64,000 bases of DNA from an uncultured bacterium (GTDB lineage: Bacteria; Fidelibacterota; Marinisomatia; Marinisomatales; UBA2128), in the NCBI GenBank assembly GCA_964534955.1, contig CAZHRR010000002.1, positions 11,069 to 75,068 on the forward strand, in the 5' to 3' direction. The position numbers were made by a program, and so were the translations under genes. The notes under the pieces are model-generated. The model did not search any database. It was not told the origin of the DNA and worked only from the letters and a program-made list of their open reading frames with translations. This document shows, one piece after another, positions 37,701 through 48,499 of this stretch (position 1 is its first letter; every line of letters begins with the position of its first letter).

Positions 37701-40211
37701 ATGAAAGATCCAGTGTGTAGTATGTCCGTGGAGGAAGAAACGGCCGCAGGTGTTGTAGAATGGCAAGGAGTCCGATACGGTTTCTGCTCCCAGCACTGTC
37801 TTGAACTTTTCGAGAAGGAACCAGAAAAGTTTGTAAAGGAGAGTACCGAATCGTCAGACTCCGATCTGCTGGAACAGGCAACAGACATTCCTCCCAGTGA
37901 AGATGATAGGAAATCTAATGTAGATCCAGTGTGTGGTATGACGGTGGCTCTGGAGTCTGCTGCCGGTTCTTACACTTATGAGGCGGAAACGTACTACTTC
38001 TGTTCGGCCCACTGTTTGGAGAAGTTCAAATCGAATCCAGAGCTATTTGTTGGTATTGACGAAGAGAAACCGCATGAGATGGTTGGTGAAATGGTGGAGG
38101 GCGCCGGTCAATATACCTGCCCCATGCATCCGGAAATGGTTCAGGATGGACCGGGAGATTGTCCCATTTGTGGAATGGCACTGGAGCCGATGACGGCTAC
38201 CCTGAAAGAAGAAGTTAATCCCGAGCTGGTGGACATGAACCGCCGGTTCTGGACCAGTTTAATCCTTACTTTTCCTCTTCTGATTTTTGTGATGACCGAG
38301 ATGTTCTTCGGAAGAGCTCTTCTGCCTCCCTCATTAGGGAAATGGGTTCAATTGCTTCTCGCTACGCCCGTTGTCCTATGGGGAGGGAAGCTGTTCTTTG
38401 TACGCGGTTGGAACTCAATAGTCAATCGAAGTCTGAATATGTTTACCCTTATCGCCACTGGCACAGGTGTGGCCTATATTTTCAGTGTCGTGGCCACATT
38501 TTTCCCGAGGATATTTCCTGCTGCCTTCAGAAGAGTTGAAGGAGAAGTGGCTGTCTACTTTGAAGCTGCAGCAGTAATCATAACTCTGGTGCTGCTGGGT
38601 CAGGTTCTGGAGTTGAGGGCCCGGGATAAGACGAGCAGCGCCATCAAGGCTTTACTGGGACTTGCTCCCAAAACAGCGCGTATAGTCCGGGATGATGACA
38701 CAGAAGAGGACATCCCTCTTGAGCACGTAAAACCCGGTGACCGGCTACGAGTACGTCCGGGTGAGAAAGTACCCGTTGACGGGATTGTGGTCGAGGGTAC
38801 CAGTTCTGTTGATGAATCCATGGTAACAGGGGAAGCCATACCGGTAATGAAAGCTGCTGGTGACAATGTGACGGGGGCTACCGTGAATGAGACAGGTTCC
38901 TTCCTTATGAAGGCGGAACGGGTTGGCAGCGATACATTGCTTGCTCAAATCGTCAAGATGGTGAGTGAGGCTCAGCGCAGCCGTGCTCCCATTCAGAGTC
39001 TTGCTGACAGGGTAGCATCCTATTTTGTCCCCGCAGTGGTCATTATCAGCATCCTTACTTTCATCGTGTGGAGCCTGGCGGGACCAGAACCGCGCATGGC
39101 CTTTGCTTTGCTCAATGCCGTTGCTGTTCTTATTATTGCTTGTCCTTGCGCGCTTGGATTGGCAACACCCATGTCCATCATGGTAGGAACTGGACGTGGT
39201 GCCATGACCGGTGTCTTGATTAAGAATGCTGAAGCTCTGGAAACCATGGAAAAGGTGGATACTCTCGTGGTTGATAAAACAGGCACGCTGACAGAGGGGA
39301 AGCCGCGTTTGGTAACAATTGAAGGGGAAGGTCAGCATACGCAAGACGGGTTACTCCGGACTGTTGCCAGTCTTGAGCAGGCCAGTGAACATCCTCTGGG
39401 AGCAGCTATCGTTAAGGCCGCTAAAGAAGAGAATCTGAAATTGGAGCGAGTTAAAAGTTTTGAATCTATCACTGGGAAAGGGGTAAAGGGAACCATCAAC
39501 GGAATAGTAGTGGCTGTGGGTAACCGGAAGCTGCTGGAAGAGCTGCGAGTGAATCCTGGCGGTTTTCCTGAGAAAGCCGAGGAGTTAAGAAAGAACGGCG
39601 AAACAGTGATGTTTGTGTTGATAGATGGGCATGTGGCCGGCTTGCTTGGCGTGGCTGATCCCATTAAGGATACAACCCCTGACGCCATCAAATCCCTTCA
39701 GAAAGAGAACGTCCACGTTGTTATGCTCACAGGGGATAACCGGACGACGGCTGAAGCGGTGGCGAGAAAATTGGGTATTGAAGAGATAGAGGCTGAGGTA
39801 ATGCCTGACAGAAAGAACGAAGTAGTCAAGCGATTCCAGGAAAATGGACGGTTCGTGGCTATGGCTGGTGATGGTATCAATGATGCTCCTGCTTTAGCCC
39901 AAGCTCATGTCGGTATTGCTATGGGCAGCGGAACGGATGTAGCAATAGAAAGTGCGGGGGTAACGCTTGTTCGAGGTGATTTACAGGGTATAGTACGAGC
40001 AAGAAAGCTGAGTGTAGCAACAATGCGTAACATTAAACAGAATCTCTTCTGGGCATTTATCTATAATGCCCTTGGAGTACCAGTTGCCGCAGGAGTTCTA
40101 TATCCATTTTTTGGAGTTTTGCTTAGTCCCATTCTTGCAGCTGCAGCGATGAGTTTCAGTTCTGTCTCGGTAATTGGAAATGCCCTGCGATTGAGAAGTC
40201 TGAGACTATGA
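37701..40211 (+). CDS. copA: Copper-translocating P1B-type ATPase
   Basis: Two N-terminal TRASH/YHS domains (DPVCSM..FCSQHC, DPVCGM..FCSAHC) and one HMBD ([24 protein letters not shown]). Catalytic motifs: [23 protein letters not shown]. Confidence 0.95.
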   Translation: MKDPVCSMSVEEETAAGVVEWQGVRYGFCSQHCLELFEKEPEKFVKESTESSDSDLLEQATDIPPSEDDRKSNVDPVCGMTVALESAAGSYTYEAETYYFCSAHCLEKFKSNPELFVGIDEEKPHEMVGEMVEGAGQYTCPMHPEMVQDGPGDCPICGMALEPMTATLKEEVNPELVDMNRRFWTSLILTFPLLIFVMTEMFFGRALLPPSLGKWVQLLLATPVVLWGGKLFFVRGWNSIVNRSLNMFTLIATGTGVAYIFSVVATFFPRIFPAAFRRVEGEVAVYFEAAAVIITLVLLGQVLELRARDKTSSAIKALLGLAPKTARIVRDDDTEEDIPLEHVKPGDRLRVRPGEKVPVDGIVVEGTSSVDESMVTGEAIPVMKAAGDNVTGATVNETGSFLMKAERVGSDTLLAQIVKMVSEAQRSRAPIQSLADRVASYFVPAVVIISILTFIVWSLAGPEPRMAFALLNAVAVLIIACPCALGLATPMSIMVGTGRGAMTGVLIKNAEALETMEKVDTLVVDKTGTLTEGKPRLVTIEGEGQHTQDGLLRTVASLEQASEHPLGAAIVKAAKEENLKLERVKSFESITGKGVKGTINGIVVAVGNRKLLEELRVNPGGFPEKAEELRKNGETVMFVLIDGHVAGLLGVADPIKDTTPDAIKSLQKENVHVVMLTGDNRTTAEAVARKLGIEEIEAEVMPDRKNEVVKRFQENGRFVAMAGDGINDAPALAQAHVGIAMGSGTDVAIESAGVTLVRGDLQGIVRARKLSVATMRNIKQNLFWAFIYNALGVPVAAGVLYPFFGVLLSPILAAAAMSFSSVSVIGNALRLRSLRL

Positions 40212-40259
40212 GAACAGTCTCGTGGAACTTAAAACAGTAACTAATTGGAGGATTGAATT

Positions 40260-40631
40260 GTGAATCGGCGTTTACAGAAGAAACAAACTGGAATGGGTAA
40301 TCAACAACCACTTATCTACAAGTGGTCAGTTTGGGCACTTGTCTGCACGGTCCTTGTCCTGGGGATATGGATTGGTGTTCTTCTTGAAGATAAGGAGAAG
40401 ACCCCACAGGTTAATGAGAATACTTACAGCTCGTTCTCTGCAGCTACAACGCAGATTGCCGGACTGTTTAGCTGCTCTTGCGGCTCATGTGGCGAAAAGA
40501 ACTTAGCGATTTGCGAGTGTCCGACAGCCCTTTCTACAAAGAGATTCATCACTGATAAGTTGAAATCAGGTTCACCTCAAGACCATATTATTGACTTGGT
40601 CAAAACTACCTACGGTCACTATACGGGATAG
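40260..40631 (+). CDS. Membrane-anchored Cys-rich protein (CcmH-like / PCYCGC-like motif)
   Basis: GTG start 8 nt after ggagg, one TM segment, then FSCSCGSCGEKNLAICECPTA...IIDLVKTTYGHY. Confidence 0.45.
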   Translation: MNRRLQKKQTGMGNQQPLIYKWSVWALVCTVLVLGIWIGVLLEDKEKTPQVNENTYSSFSAATTQIAGLFSCSCGSCGEKNLAICECPTALSTKRFITDKLKSGSPQDHIIDLVKTTYGHYTG

Positions 40632-40668
40632 TTAGGGTGGCTATTTCAATTAAACACGAGGAGAGTAT

Positions 40669-41199
40669 ATGATGACCAAATATCTGATGGTTTCTGTAGT
40701 ACTGCTTACACAAATGGGATGCATGCACATGGGCATGAGCATGGGCGGGACGATGATGGATCGGGTCGTATCTGCGCGGACGAAGACAGTACAGGAGGTG
40801 AACTCAGGTCAGGTAATTGACCAAATGATAACAAAGGCTCTGCAGGATTTGTCTTCCGAAAACATGAATGTAACCTCCGTCGCAGTGTGGCAGATCAAGT
40901 CCAGAACCCCGGGTATAGATGTAGTAATGGTTCGACAGAGACTCATTGAACAGCTTGTCAGTCAGAACCGCTATAAAGTTGTATCGAGGAAGAGACTGGA
41001 AGAACTACTGGAGGAGCAAAGTCTATCCTTATCGGGAGGGATTGATAAAAAAAGTGCTGTTGAAATTGGTCAACTTGTGGGAGTAGAAGGTTTCATTGAT
41101 GGTTACATATACATTGAAAGTGACCGTATTGTGTTGAGTCTCAGTCTTATCGAGACGAGAACGGGAGTTATCGTCTGGTCGAAAACGATAGAAGAATAA
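40669..41199 (+). CDS. Lipoprotein of the LpoB/FlgO/CsgG-like type
   Basis: Lipobox (LTQMGC). The C-terminal half (RKRLEELLEEQSLSLSGGIDKKSAVEIGQLVGVEGFIDGYI) resembles that fold family. Confidence 0.4.
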   Translation: MMTKYLMVSVVLLTQMGCMHMGMSMGGTMMDRVVSARTKTVQEVNSGQVIDQMITKALQDLSSENMNVTSVAVWQIKSRTPGIDVVMVRQRLIEQLVSQNRYKVVSRKRLEELLEEQSLSLSGGIDKKSAVEIGQLVGVEGFIDGYIYIESDRIVLSLSLIETRTGVIVWSKTIEE

Positions 41200-41242
41200 G
41201 GGTTCAAACAGGTTCAATAACAAACAACAGAAAGGAAATACC

Positions 41243-41677
41243 ATGAAAATAAACTACATAAGTACAATGTTGACATCAATCATCCTGCTGACGGGTTGCG
41301 GAGGAGGAGAAGGAGAGGATGTTCAGGAAACTGCTTCAACGAACCAGTCGTCAGAGATGGTAATGGAAGCTCATAATCATAACGACGAAAATGATGGAAT
41401 GAGCCATGCGTCACTGGATTTGATGGAAGGTGAAGAGGTTCTGTATTACACCTGCCCCATGGAATCTCATAAGCATATTCAAAGTCACGAACAGGGGAAG
41501 TGCCCAGAGTGCGGGATGGAATTGGTCGCCGCTATTGCCACCGACAGTGAGCACAAGGCTTTCTACGGGTGCCCAATGCCTGAGCACAGCCATGTACGCA
41601 GTGACACTCCGGGCAGATGTCCCGAATGCAAGATGGAACTGAAACCAATCCGCCTCGAAAGCAATAGTGACATATAG
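41243..41677 (+). CDS. Lipoprotein with a His-rich linker and two HMBD modules
   Basis: Lipobox (LLTGC), then YYTCPMESHKHIQSHEQGKCPECGMEL and FYGCPMPEHSHVRSDTPGRCPECKMEL. Confidence 0.75.
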   Translation: MKINYISTMLTSIILLTGCGGGEGEDVQETASTNQSSEMVMEAHNHNDENDGMSHASLDLMEGEEVLYYTCPMESHKHIQSHEQGKCPECGMELVAAIATDSEHKAFYGCPMPEHSHVRSDTPGRCPECKMELKPIRLESNSDI

Positions 41678-41682
41678 GGGGT

Positions 41683-41934
41683 ATGAAGAGCTGGTACGAC
41701 CTTATAGCACCTCTATATGATATCTCCTGTGAGTGGACTTATAGAATCAGGCAAGATGGAGGCATATCATGTAGTATCCATCGATGTGAATGAAGAGGAG
41801 AAGAAGCCGTTGTAGTTTTCAAAACTGGCTTTATTGAATTGACGGGAATTGAAAAAGCTATTGCTGGACTGGGCTTTCAGGTTATGGAGTCATTTGCTGA
41901 TTCTAAGGCGTGTGCTGACATGAATAAGTGCTGA
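41683..41934 (+). pseudogene. Decayed HMA (CopZ-like) domain gene
   Basis: Three frames together give MKSWYDL..DISCE / KMEAYHVVSIDVNEEEKK / EAVVVFKTGFIELTGIEKAIAGLGFQVME. Restoring one missing G near 41806 would join the last two pieces. Confidence 0.4.
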
Positions 41935-42089
41935 TAGCTGAAAAGCCGGTAGAAGATCAACAGACGACAGGAGTCACATGTTATTCTGTACACGGGGTAA
42001 ATATGTGAGCCAGTTCATTGGAAAGAGTATTCCGAGTGTGTAACTTTCGTTCTGATTTTGGGGGTGAGAAAATAATACAGGAGTACATA

Positions 42090-44894
42090 ATGGCACACAT
42101 GCAGAAGATAGCGGTAGTTATGGTTTTAATTTCCATTCTATCAGCAAAGGAAGGAAACAGTCCCATAGCGGAATTTGGACTGGAAGAGTTTCGGGAAACT
42201 ATCTCTCTAAATGGCAAGACTACTGACGCAGAGAGTAGTATTGTTCGGACATGGTCTCAAATTCCAGAGTACAATATCCGTGGTGATGCTCGATTAGCAG
42301 CCGAGAGCTTTCTGAAGGCCAACAGCAAGCAGATGGGTTTCGATAACCGTCTGAGTGAACCCAGCTTCTGGTACGAGAAGAAAAGCAGAGGTATCACGTT
42401 CGAGACCTATCAACAGACAATTGAGGGGATTCCGGTTTTTCGTGGTGATATAACAGTTACCGTAAATCGCCAGAACCGGGTGAGCTTCCTTCGAAACAAC
42501 ACTCGTTTAGTAGATAATGTTTCTTCTCGATCGGCAGTATTTACCTCCGAGGCTGCCAGGCAGATTGCAGTGGAGTACATCAATCCTGCGGAAGAAATTC
42601 GCTGGGAAGCAGAGCCAGTCCAGAACTATCTGGTGCAGGACAAAACCGCTTACCTCACATGGGTCATCGAATTTGAAACACCGGATCCCCTGGGCGACTG
42701 GCGGCTGTTTGTGGATGCTGTGACTGGGGAAGTCAGGGCCCTGGAAAACCGCATTGTTTTCGACAACGGTTCCGGCATGATTTGGGATCCTGATCCACTC
42801 AGTTCCGCCTATGCAGAGTATGGTGATGACGGTTTCAGTGACAACAATGATGCTGACACGGATCAGCTCAACGGAGAGCGGTTTACGGCAGATTTGCTGG
42901 ACATAACTTACTCCGGAGGTGTTTATCAGCTGCAAGGACCTCATGTCTCAGTAGTAGATTGGGATTCTCCAACGGTTCCGGTCGTCACTAGTACTACGCC
43001 AGACGGTTTTGTTTTCACTCGCACAGAAAGCGGGTTCGAAGATGTGCTGGTTTATTACTTTGTGGATATGACTCAGCGTTACATCCAGTCCCTCGGTTTT
43101 GATAATGTGAACAATGAGTCACAAACCTCTGATCCTCACGGTGCAAACGGTGCGGACAATTCCTACTATTTCCCCGGATCCGATGCCATCGCATGGGGAG
43201 AAGGTGGTGTAGATGATGCAGAGGATGCCGATGTAATCCTGCATGAATACGGTCACGCCATTCAGCACGATCAGGTGCCAGGCTGGGGCGGAGGTGACGA
43301 AGGAGCCATGGGTGAGGGTTTCGGTGACTATTGGGCAGGTTCACACAGTCTAACCATCTCTGATCATCACTCCAACTGGGTGTTCAACTGGGATGGACAT
43401 AATCCTTTCTGGTCAGGCAGGATTCTTGATGCTAACTACCATTATCCTGAAGATAACGGCGGCGGTGTTCATAACGCTGGTCAACTCTGGTCAGCTGGAT
43501 TGTGGGACTGCCACACCGATCCTGGTATATCTCGGGAAAATATGGATGCTCTGGTGTTGCAGAACCATTTCATGATCGGTTCAAGCGCCACCATGGCAGA
43601 TGCTGCAGCGGCTATCATTCAGGCAGATATTGATATGTTTGGTGCTGAGCATTACAACCTGCTGGTACAACATTTCAGTGACAGGGGATTCATTGATCCG
43701 GATGACTATCCGCCAATGAGCGATGACCTCGACCCCAACCCACCCACTAATCTTGCCGCCTACAGTGATGATACAATGCCTACTAGTATCCAGCTGATCT
43801 GGGAAGATCCCACTGAACTGTTCGGTGGTGGAGAGATTGGTACATTCCAGATTAACATCTCCCGGGATGGCGAACCTATCGCCGAAGTGTGGGAAGGAGT
43901 GGAAAGTTACCTTGATGAGGATCTCGGCGAAGGACAGTCTTACTATTATACTTTTGTGACACAGCTTGTGGCGAACGACAGCACCAGTTATCCAGTACAT
44001 GTAGCTGGATTTGCCGGTGGAGCACCTTCGATTCTTATTTGGGATATGGGAAATTCCAGTTCTAACTCGGAGGCGATTCTAGGAGCCATCAGTGAAGCTA
44101 CAGGTCGGTCTGCTTACATTACGGATGACCTGTTCATGTTTGGAGATGATCTTAGTGCAGTCGGATTCGATGCCATCTTTGTGCTCCTGGGTATTTACTC
44201 GAATAACCATGTACTGGGTGAAGGTGCGCAAGTCACTGCTCTTGTCAATTATCTGGAGAACGGCGGCAGTCTCTACATGGAAGGGGGTGACACCTGGGCA
44301 TACGATACCCAAACTTCGCTCCATGCTTACTTTGGCATAGATGGTTTAGATGATGGTTCGGACGACCTTTCGACTGTGTCAGGTATCGCCGGGACGTTTA
44401 CAGAAGGGATGGACTTTTCTTACAGCGGAGAGAACGCTTGGATTGATCATTTGTCACCTGATGGAGAGACTGCCTTTGCGATTCTAGAGAATCTTGATGC
44501 TGCATATATCTGCGGTGTAGCAAATGCTGCTGACAGCTATAGTACAATCGGCACATCTTTTCAGCTTGGCGGTTTAGATGGAAGCGATGAACTGACGACT
44601 CTGGTGGCTGCAATGATGGAATTCTTCGATGTGGGCGGTGTGGCGCCATGTGAAAAAGGAGATCTCAATTCTGATGGTGTAATTGATGTTTTTGATGTGA
44701 TCAGAATTGTAAACATCATCCTGGGGATTGAGACCAATCCGACAGAAGGAGAGTTATGTGCCGCTGATTATGATGACAGTGGAGAAATTGATGTGTTCGA
44801 TATTATTAAGGTAGTGAATTACATCCTCGGTATCGGGGCTGGTCAGTCTGTTGACTGGTTTGATGCAAACGTGCTGAACCAGAGAGTGAAATGA
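42090..44894 (+). CDS. Secreted zinc metalloprotease with an FTP/PepSY-type propeptide and a C-terminal dockerin
   Basis: Signal peptide from the ATG at 42090. HEYGHAIQH and GEGFGDYWAG are catalytic-type motifs. Two dockerin EF-hand repeats are present (DLNSDGVIDVFDVIRIVNIILG, DYDDSGEIDVFDIIKVVNYILG). Confidence 0.7.
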   Translation: MAHMQKIAVVMVLISILSAKEGNSPIAEFGLEEFRETISLNGKTTDAESSIVRTWSQIPEYNIRGDARLAAESFLKANSKQMGFDNRLSEPSFWYEKKSRGITFETYQQTIEGIPVFRGDITVTVNRQNRVSFLRNNTRLVDNVSSRSAVFTSEAARQIAVEYINPAEEIRWEAEPVQNYLVQDKTAYLTWVIEFETPDPLGDWRLFVDAVTGEVRALENRIVFDNGSGMIWDPDPLSSAYAEYGDDGFSDNNDADTDQLNGERFTADLLDITYSGGVYQLQGPHVSVVDWDSPTVPVVTSTTPDGFVFTRTESGFEDVLVYYFVDMTQRYIQSLGFDNVNNESQTSDPHGANGADNSYYFPGSDAIAWGEGGVDDAEDADVILHEYGHAIQHDQVPGWGGGDEGAMGEGFGDYWAGSHSLTISDHHSNWVFNWDGHNPFWSGRILDANYHYPEDNGGGVHNAGQLWSAGLWDCHTDPGISRENMDALVLQNHFMIGSSATMADAAAAIIQADIDMFGAEHYNLLVQHFSDRGFIDPDDYPPMSDDLDPNPPTNLAAYSDDTMPTSIQLIWEDPTELFGGGEIGTFQINISRDGEPIAEVWEGVESYLDEDLGEGQSYYYTFVTQLVANDSTSYPVHVAGFAGGAPSILIWDMGNSSSNSEAILGAISEATGRSAYITDDLFMFGDDLSAVGFDAIFVLLGIYSNNHVLGEGAQVTALVNYLENGGSLYMEGGDTWAYDTQTSLHAYFGIDGLDDGSDDLSTVSGIAGTFTEGMDFSYSGENAWIDHLSPDGETAFAILENLDAAYICGVANAADSYSTIGTSFQLGGLDGSDELTTLVAAMMEFFDVGGVAPCEKGDLNSDGVIDVFDVIRIVNIILGIETNPTEGELCAADYDDSGEIDVFDIIKVVNYILGIGAGQSVDWFDANVLNQRVK

Positions 44895-44924
44895 CCGACA
44901 GGTAATAACAGGAGGAGGGGGGAG

Positions 44925-46433
44925 ATGAAGACAGTGCTAATGAGCATGCTCATTCCGCTGATGGTTTGGGCGGTTGAGTTTAATCCAAATGTACCGGTAG
45001 TGATTGCTGAATCGACACAAAAACTACCTGACATTGCTGTGGGAGATGATGGAACGATTTATGCTATCTGGGTGGATACACGGTTCGGTACCAACGTCTA
45101 TTTCGCTAAGTCAACTGATCACGGCGAGACGTTTACAGAAGGAGTACAGGTGAATGACGAGACAGGTCAGGTAGTATCATTGACGTCAAATCACCCGAAG
45201 ATCGCAGAATATGAAGGTATACTCTACGTCTTCTGGGCAGATCAGCGTAGCGGTTATTACAATACTAACATTTACATGTCAAAATCCATAGATGGAGGAG
45301 AAACGTGGAGTGCAGGAACTTCTGTCGGAAACGGAGTTAAGTTTAATCTCTATCCGGAAGTCGAAATAGATAATAGTGGTACCATTCATCTGATTTACTA
45401 TGTATACAGTAGAATAACATTGGAATTCGAGACGGTGGGGTACCGGACATCGACAAACAACGGCAGTACTTTTTCCTTTCAGACAACAGTAAGTGACTAT
45501 TCCGGAAGTGAACCGTGCGAATGTTGTCCTGCCGATATCGTCATTCTTCCTGATGGGAACAAGATAGTAACCTTTCGTGACAACGATGAAAATATCCGAG
45601 ATATCTTTGGCATACGTTCGCAAGCCGGCTCAAGCAGCTGGGATGATCTCTTCCAGATCTCGTTCGAGGATTTCTTCATAACGTATTGTCCTTCCTCCGG
45701 TCCCAGCCTGGACAACCTGGAATCCACAGTAGCTGTAGGCTACATGGTAGGAGTCGAAAGTGTACCGCGAACTTTCCTGAAGATCTCTACAGATGGTGGA
45801 GAGACGTTTGGTGACTCCATTGCTGTGGATCCTTCTGTGGCCTCTGACGTGATCCAGGACTATCCCTCGGTCGCTATGACCTCAGATGGCATGATTCACA
45901 TCGCTTGGGAGGATCGTAGAGACGGATCTGATATCTACTACGGCAGTATGATGGCTGGTGACTCCGAATTGAGCACCCTTCAGATTTTGAATGACGACGG
46001 TTCAGGTGAGTCACAGGGAGAAGTGCGAATGGTAAATGGAAACGATGGGTTTGTTTATGCCGTTTGGACTGATAAACGCAACGGTGACTACGATATCTAC
46101 TTTACCACAAACTATGGCCAAGCTGAGGTGGAAGAGATGAAACCATCGGTGCCGACTGCTCAAGTTCTCCATCAGAATTATCCCAATCCCTTCAATCCGG
46201 GAACAGTAATCCGTTTTGAACTTACTAACAGGGAGGTGATCACTTTAATGATTCATGACATTCTGGGGAGAGAAATCAAAAGACTGGAGAGTGGTAAACT
46301 GGTGAGTGGTACCTATGAAGCGGTGTGGGATGGAACCGACGCTGGAGGAAGTCCGGTCAGCCCAGGAGTTTATTTCTATAGACTTTCCAGTGGTGCCGGT
46401 GATGAGACAAGGAAAATGGTATTGATTAAATAA
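44925..46433 (+). CDS. BNR/Asp-box repeat protein with a T9SS C-terminal sorting domain
   Basis: Asp-boxes: STDHGETF, SIDGGETW, STNNGSTF, STDGGETF. The C-terminus is NYPNPFNPGTVIRF...GVYFYRL...KMVLIK. Confidence 0.7.
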   Translation: MKTVLMSMLIPLMVWAVEFNPNVPVVIAESTQKLPDIAVGDDGTIYAIWVDTRFGTNVYFAKSTDHGETFTEGVQVNDETGQVVSLTSNHPKIAEYEGILYVFWADQRSGYYNTNIYMSKSIDGGETWSAGTSVGNGVKFNLYPEVEIDNSGTIHLIYYVYSRITLEFETVGYRTSTNNGSTFSFQTTVSDYSGSEPCECCPADIVILPDGNKIVTFRDNDENIRDIFGIRSQAGSSSWDDLFQISFEDFFITYCPSSGPSLDNLESTVAVGYMVGVESVPRTFLKISTDGGETFGDSIAVDPSVASDVIQDYPSVAMTSDGMIHIAWEDRRDGSDIYYGSMMAGDSELSTLQILNDDGSGESQGEVRMVNGNDGFVYAVWTDKRNGDYDIYFTTNYGQAEVEEMKPSVPTAQVLHQNYPNPFNPGTVIRFELTNREVITLMIHDILGREIKRLESGKLVSGTYEAVWDGTDAGGSPVSPGVYFYRLSSGAGDETRKMVLIK

Positions 46434-46746
46434 GTCCGTGAATGTGTTTTCAGCCCGGGATAGGAGTATCATAGGATGGGTTTTTTCTGTGAATAAAAAA
46501 CATGTGAGGGATATGCAGTGAAAATCGGAAACGCTCTGGAAAATCTCCCAACGGTAGGAAAAACCGAAATTGATTTGAGCAACAAACTAATCCGTGTATA
46601 AGATTTGGTTATCAACCTTTCAGCGGAGGATTTGATTAAAAATAGTGTGTATATACCATTCAGCGGTTTGTGGCGGGAATGACACTTATGTGAGGATGTG
46701 ATGTTACAGTTATCAATTTGTATTGTAACAGTAATCAAGTGAGATT

Positions 46747-47508
46747 TTGATGGGTGAACTGCTTCAAGTTACCAGCTCTTGGCGCTCCCAGATGGGAGTC
46801 ATGAGAGCAAAGAACGAAGACAGCTGTTTTGCGAACGATAGTAATGGCTTATATTGTGTCGCCGATGGCATAGGTGGCGCCCCTGCCGGAGAGGTGGCCA
46901 GCAGTGTGGCTGTAGATCTTTTTGTATCAGAGTCTTCCAGGATTAGTGACCATTCAGAACCGTGGCAAGTTTCTGATTTGGAAGAGATGCTTTCCCGCTT
47001 AAACAGTGGAATTATAGAGTACAGTCAGCGGGATAGCAGTCTGATGGGAATGGGTACGACTTTCTCTGGAGTGATCTCTGAGAGTTCATCCCGATGGTGG
47101 ATTATGCATGCTGGTGACAGCAGGATTTACGCTGTTTCAAAAGATGATCAACTCGTTCAGCTCACCAAAGATCAGACACTGGCTGAGGAGAGAATCAAAA
47201 TGGGCCTGACACCTAAAGGAGGGATTTATGGACACCGGACAGAAGATATCCTGACAAATTATCTCGGATCTGATATGTTCTCTCCAGTTGTTAATGCTAT
47301 TGTTCCCCGGGAATATGAGTTGCTCCTCTTGTGTACTGACGGTATTACTAAAATGCTGAACTTAGAAGACATCTCTTCTATTGTACAGTCGAGTATTAAT
47401 GATATTGATGAACTTTGTGGACGTCTTGTTAAAGCTGCTGGAGAAGCCGGGAGTGGAGACGATATGACTCTTGTAGCAGTCTCTATTAATACAGATGAAG
47501 ATCGGTAG
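46747..47508 (+). CDS. PP2C-family Ser/Thr phosphatase
   Basis: RAKNEDS, VADGIGGAPAGEVAS, TDGI and GSGDDMT motifs. Confidence 0.85.
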   Translation: MMGELLQVTSSWRSQMGVMRAKNEDSCFANDSNGLYCVADGIGGAPAGEVASSVAVDLFVSESSRISDHSEPWQVSDLEEMLSRLNSGIIEYSQRDSSLMGMGTTFSGVISESSSRWWIMHAGDSRIYAVSKDDQLVQLTKDQTLAEERIKMGLTPKGGIYGHRTEDILTNYLGSDMFSPVVNAIVPREYELLLLCTDGITKMLNLEDISSIVQSSINDIDELCGRLVKAAGEAGSGDDMTLVAVSINTDEDR

Positions 47509-48499
47509 AATGAACAGAGAAATTGTATTTGTGACGATTCTGATCCTTGTCATGATTGCAGCGTGTACACAGGACGCTCCCCGGGACAATATCTTTGATC
47601 CCAATAGTTCCCTTTTTGAAAACTCCGGAACCATTGAAGGAACAATAACAGGACAGTATCCTCCCTATGATCCTGTGGAATCTGTCCAGGTAGAGTTGTC
47701 TCCGGAAAACACGATCGTATTTAGTGATCAGGAAGGGATATTCATGTTAGATAGATTAAAGCCCGGCGATTATACCCTACTTTTAAGTAAGGACCAGTAC
47801 GTGCCGATTGTTGATACTGTTACAGTAATTGCAGGAGAGACTTCTAATGTGCTGGTACGAATGAATGGTAAACCCACAATAGACTCGGTTGATCTGGTAA
47901 CTAAACACATATCCCACTGGTGGCCCATCGCAGATGAGTATATCCTGTCGGTGACTGTTACGGTCTCAGATATTGACAACGCTTTGGATGTTGATTCCGT
48001 CATTATGAATGTTGATGCTCTGGGATTCGATACACTTCTAACTGAAGGTTCTTCGGGCGAGTTCACAGCGACCTATTTTGATAGTGATTTTCTTCCCGAG
48101 CCGTTCTCCGAGTTGCAGGGAAGGGATATCTCATTCCACTGTATTGATAAGCCCGGGTCAATAAGTGATACCCTCGACTTTCAGGTTTCCCGGATCATCT
48201 CTTCAACACCAACCATCGTTTCTCCAAGCAGCGGAGTCTCAGTAGATTCTCTGCCGGTCTTTCGCTGGAGCAGTTTCGAGGTAGGGTACAGCTTCACTTA
48301 TTCAGTGGATGTTTTCAGGCTCGATGAGTCTGGTATCCCGCAGTTTGTGCAAGGAAGTGATGAACTTGATATCTCAACATTTCAGTGGCAAGCTGAGACT
48401 CCGCTCCCCTCAGCACCGCTATATTATTGGACACTCTCGGTTACTGATGGATTTGGGAATATCAGCGTCTCCAGAGAAGCAACATTTGAGGTACAATGA
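47495..48499 (+). CDS. Lipoprotein with a CarboxypepD_reg-like domain
   Basis: Lipobox (MIAACT), then GTIEGTITG...EGIFMLDRLKPGDYTLLLSKDQYVP. Overlaps both neighbouring genes. Confidence 0.55.
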   Translation: MKIGRMNREIVFVTILILVMIAACTQDAPRDNIFDPNSSLFENSGTIEGTITGQYPPYDPVESVQVELSPENTIVFSDQEGIFMLDRLKPGDYTLLLSKDQYVPIVDTVTVIAGETSNVLVRMNGKPTIDSVDLVTKHISHWWPIADEYILSVTVTVSDIDNALDVDSVIMNVDALGFDTLLTEGSSGEFTATYFDSDFLPEPFSELQGRDISFHCIDKPGSISDTLDFQVSRIISSTPTIVSPSSGVSVDSLPVFRWSSFEVGYSFTYSVDVFRLDESGIPQFVQGSDELDISTFQWQAETPLPSAPLYYWTLSVTDGFGNISVSREATFEVQ

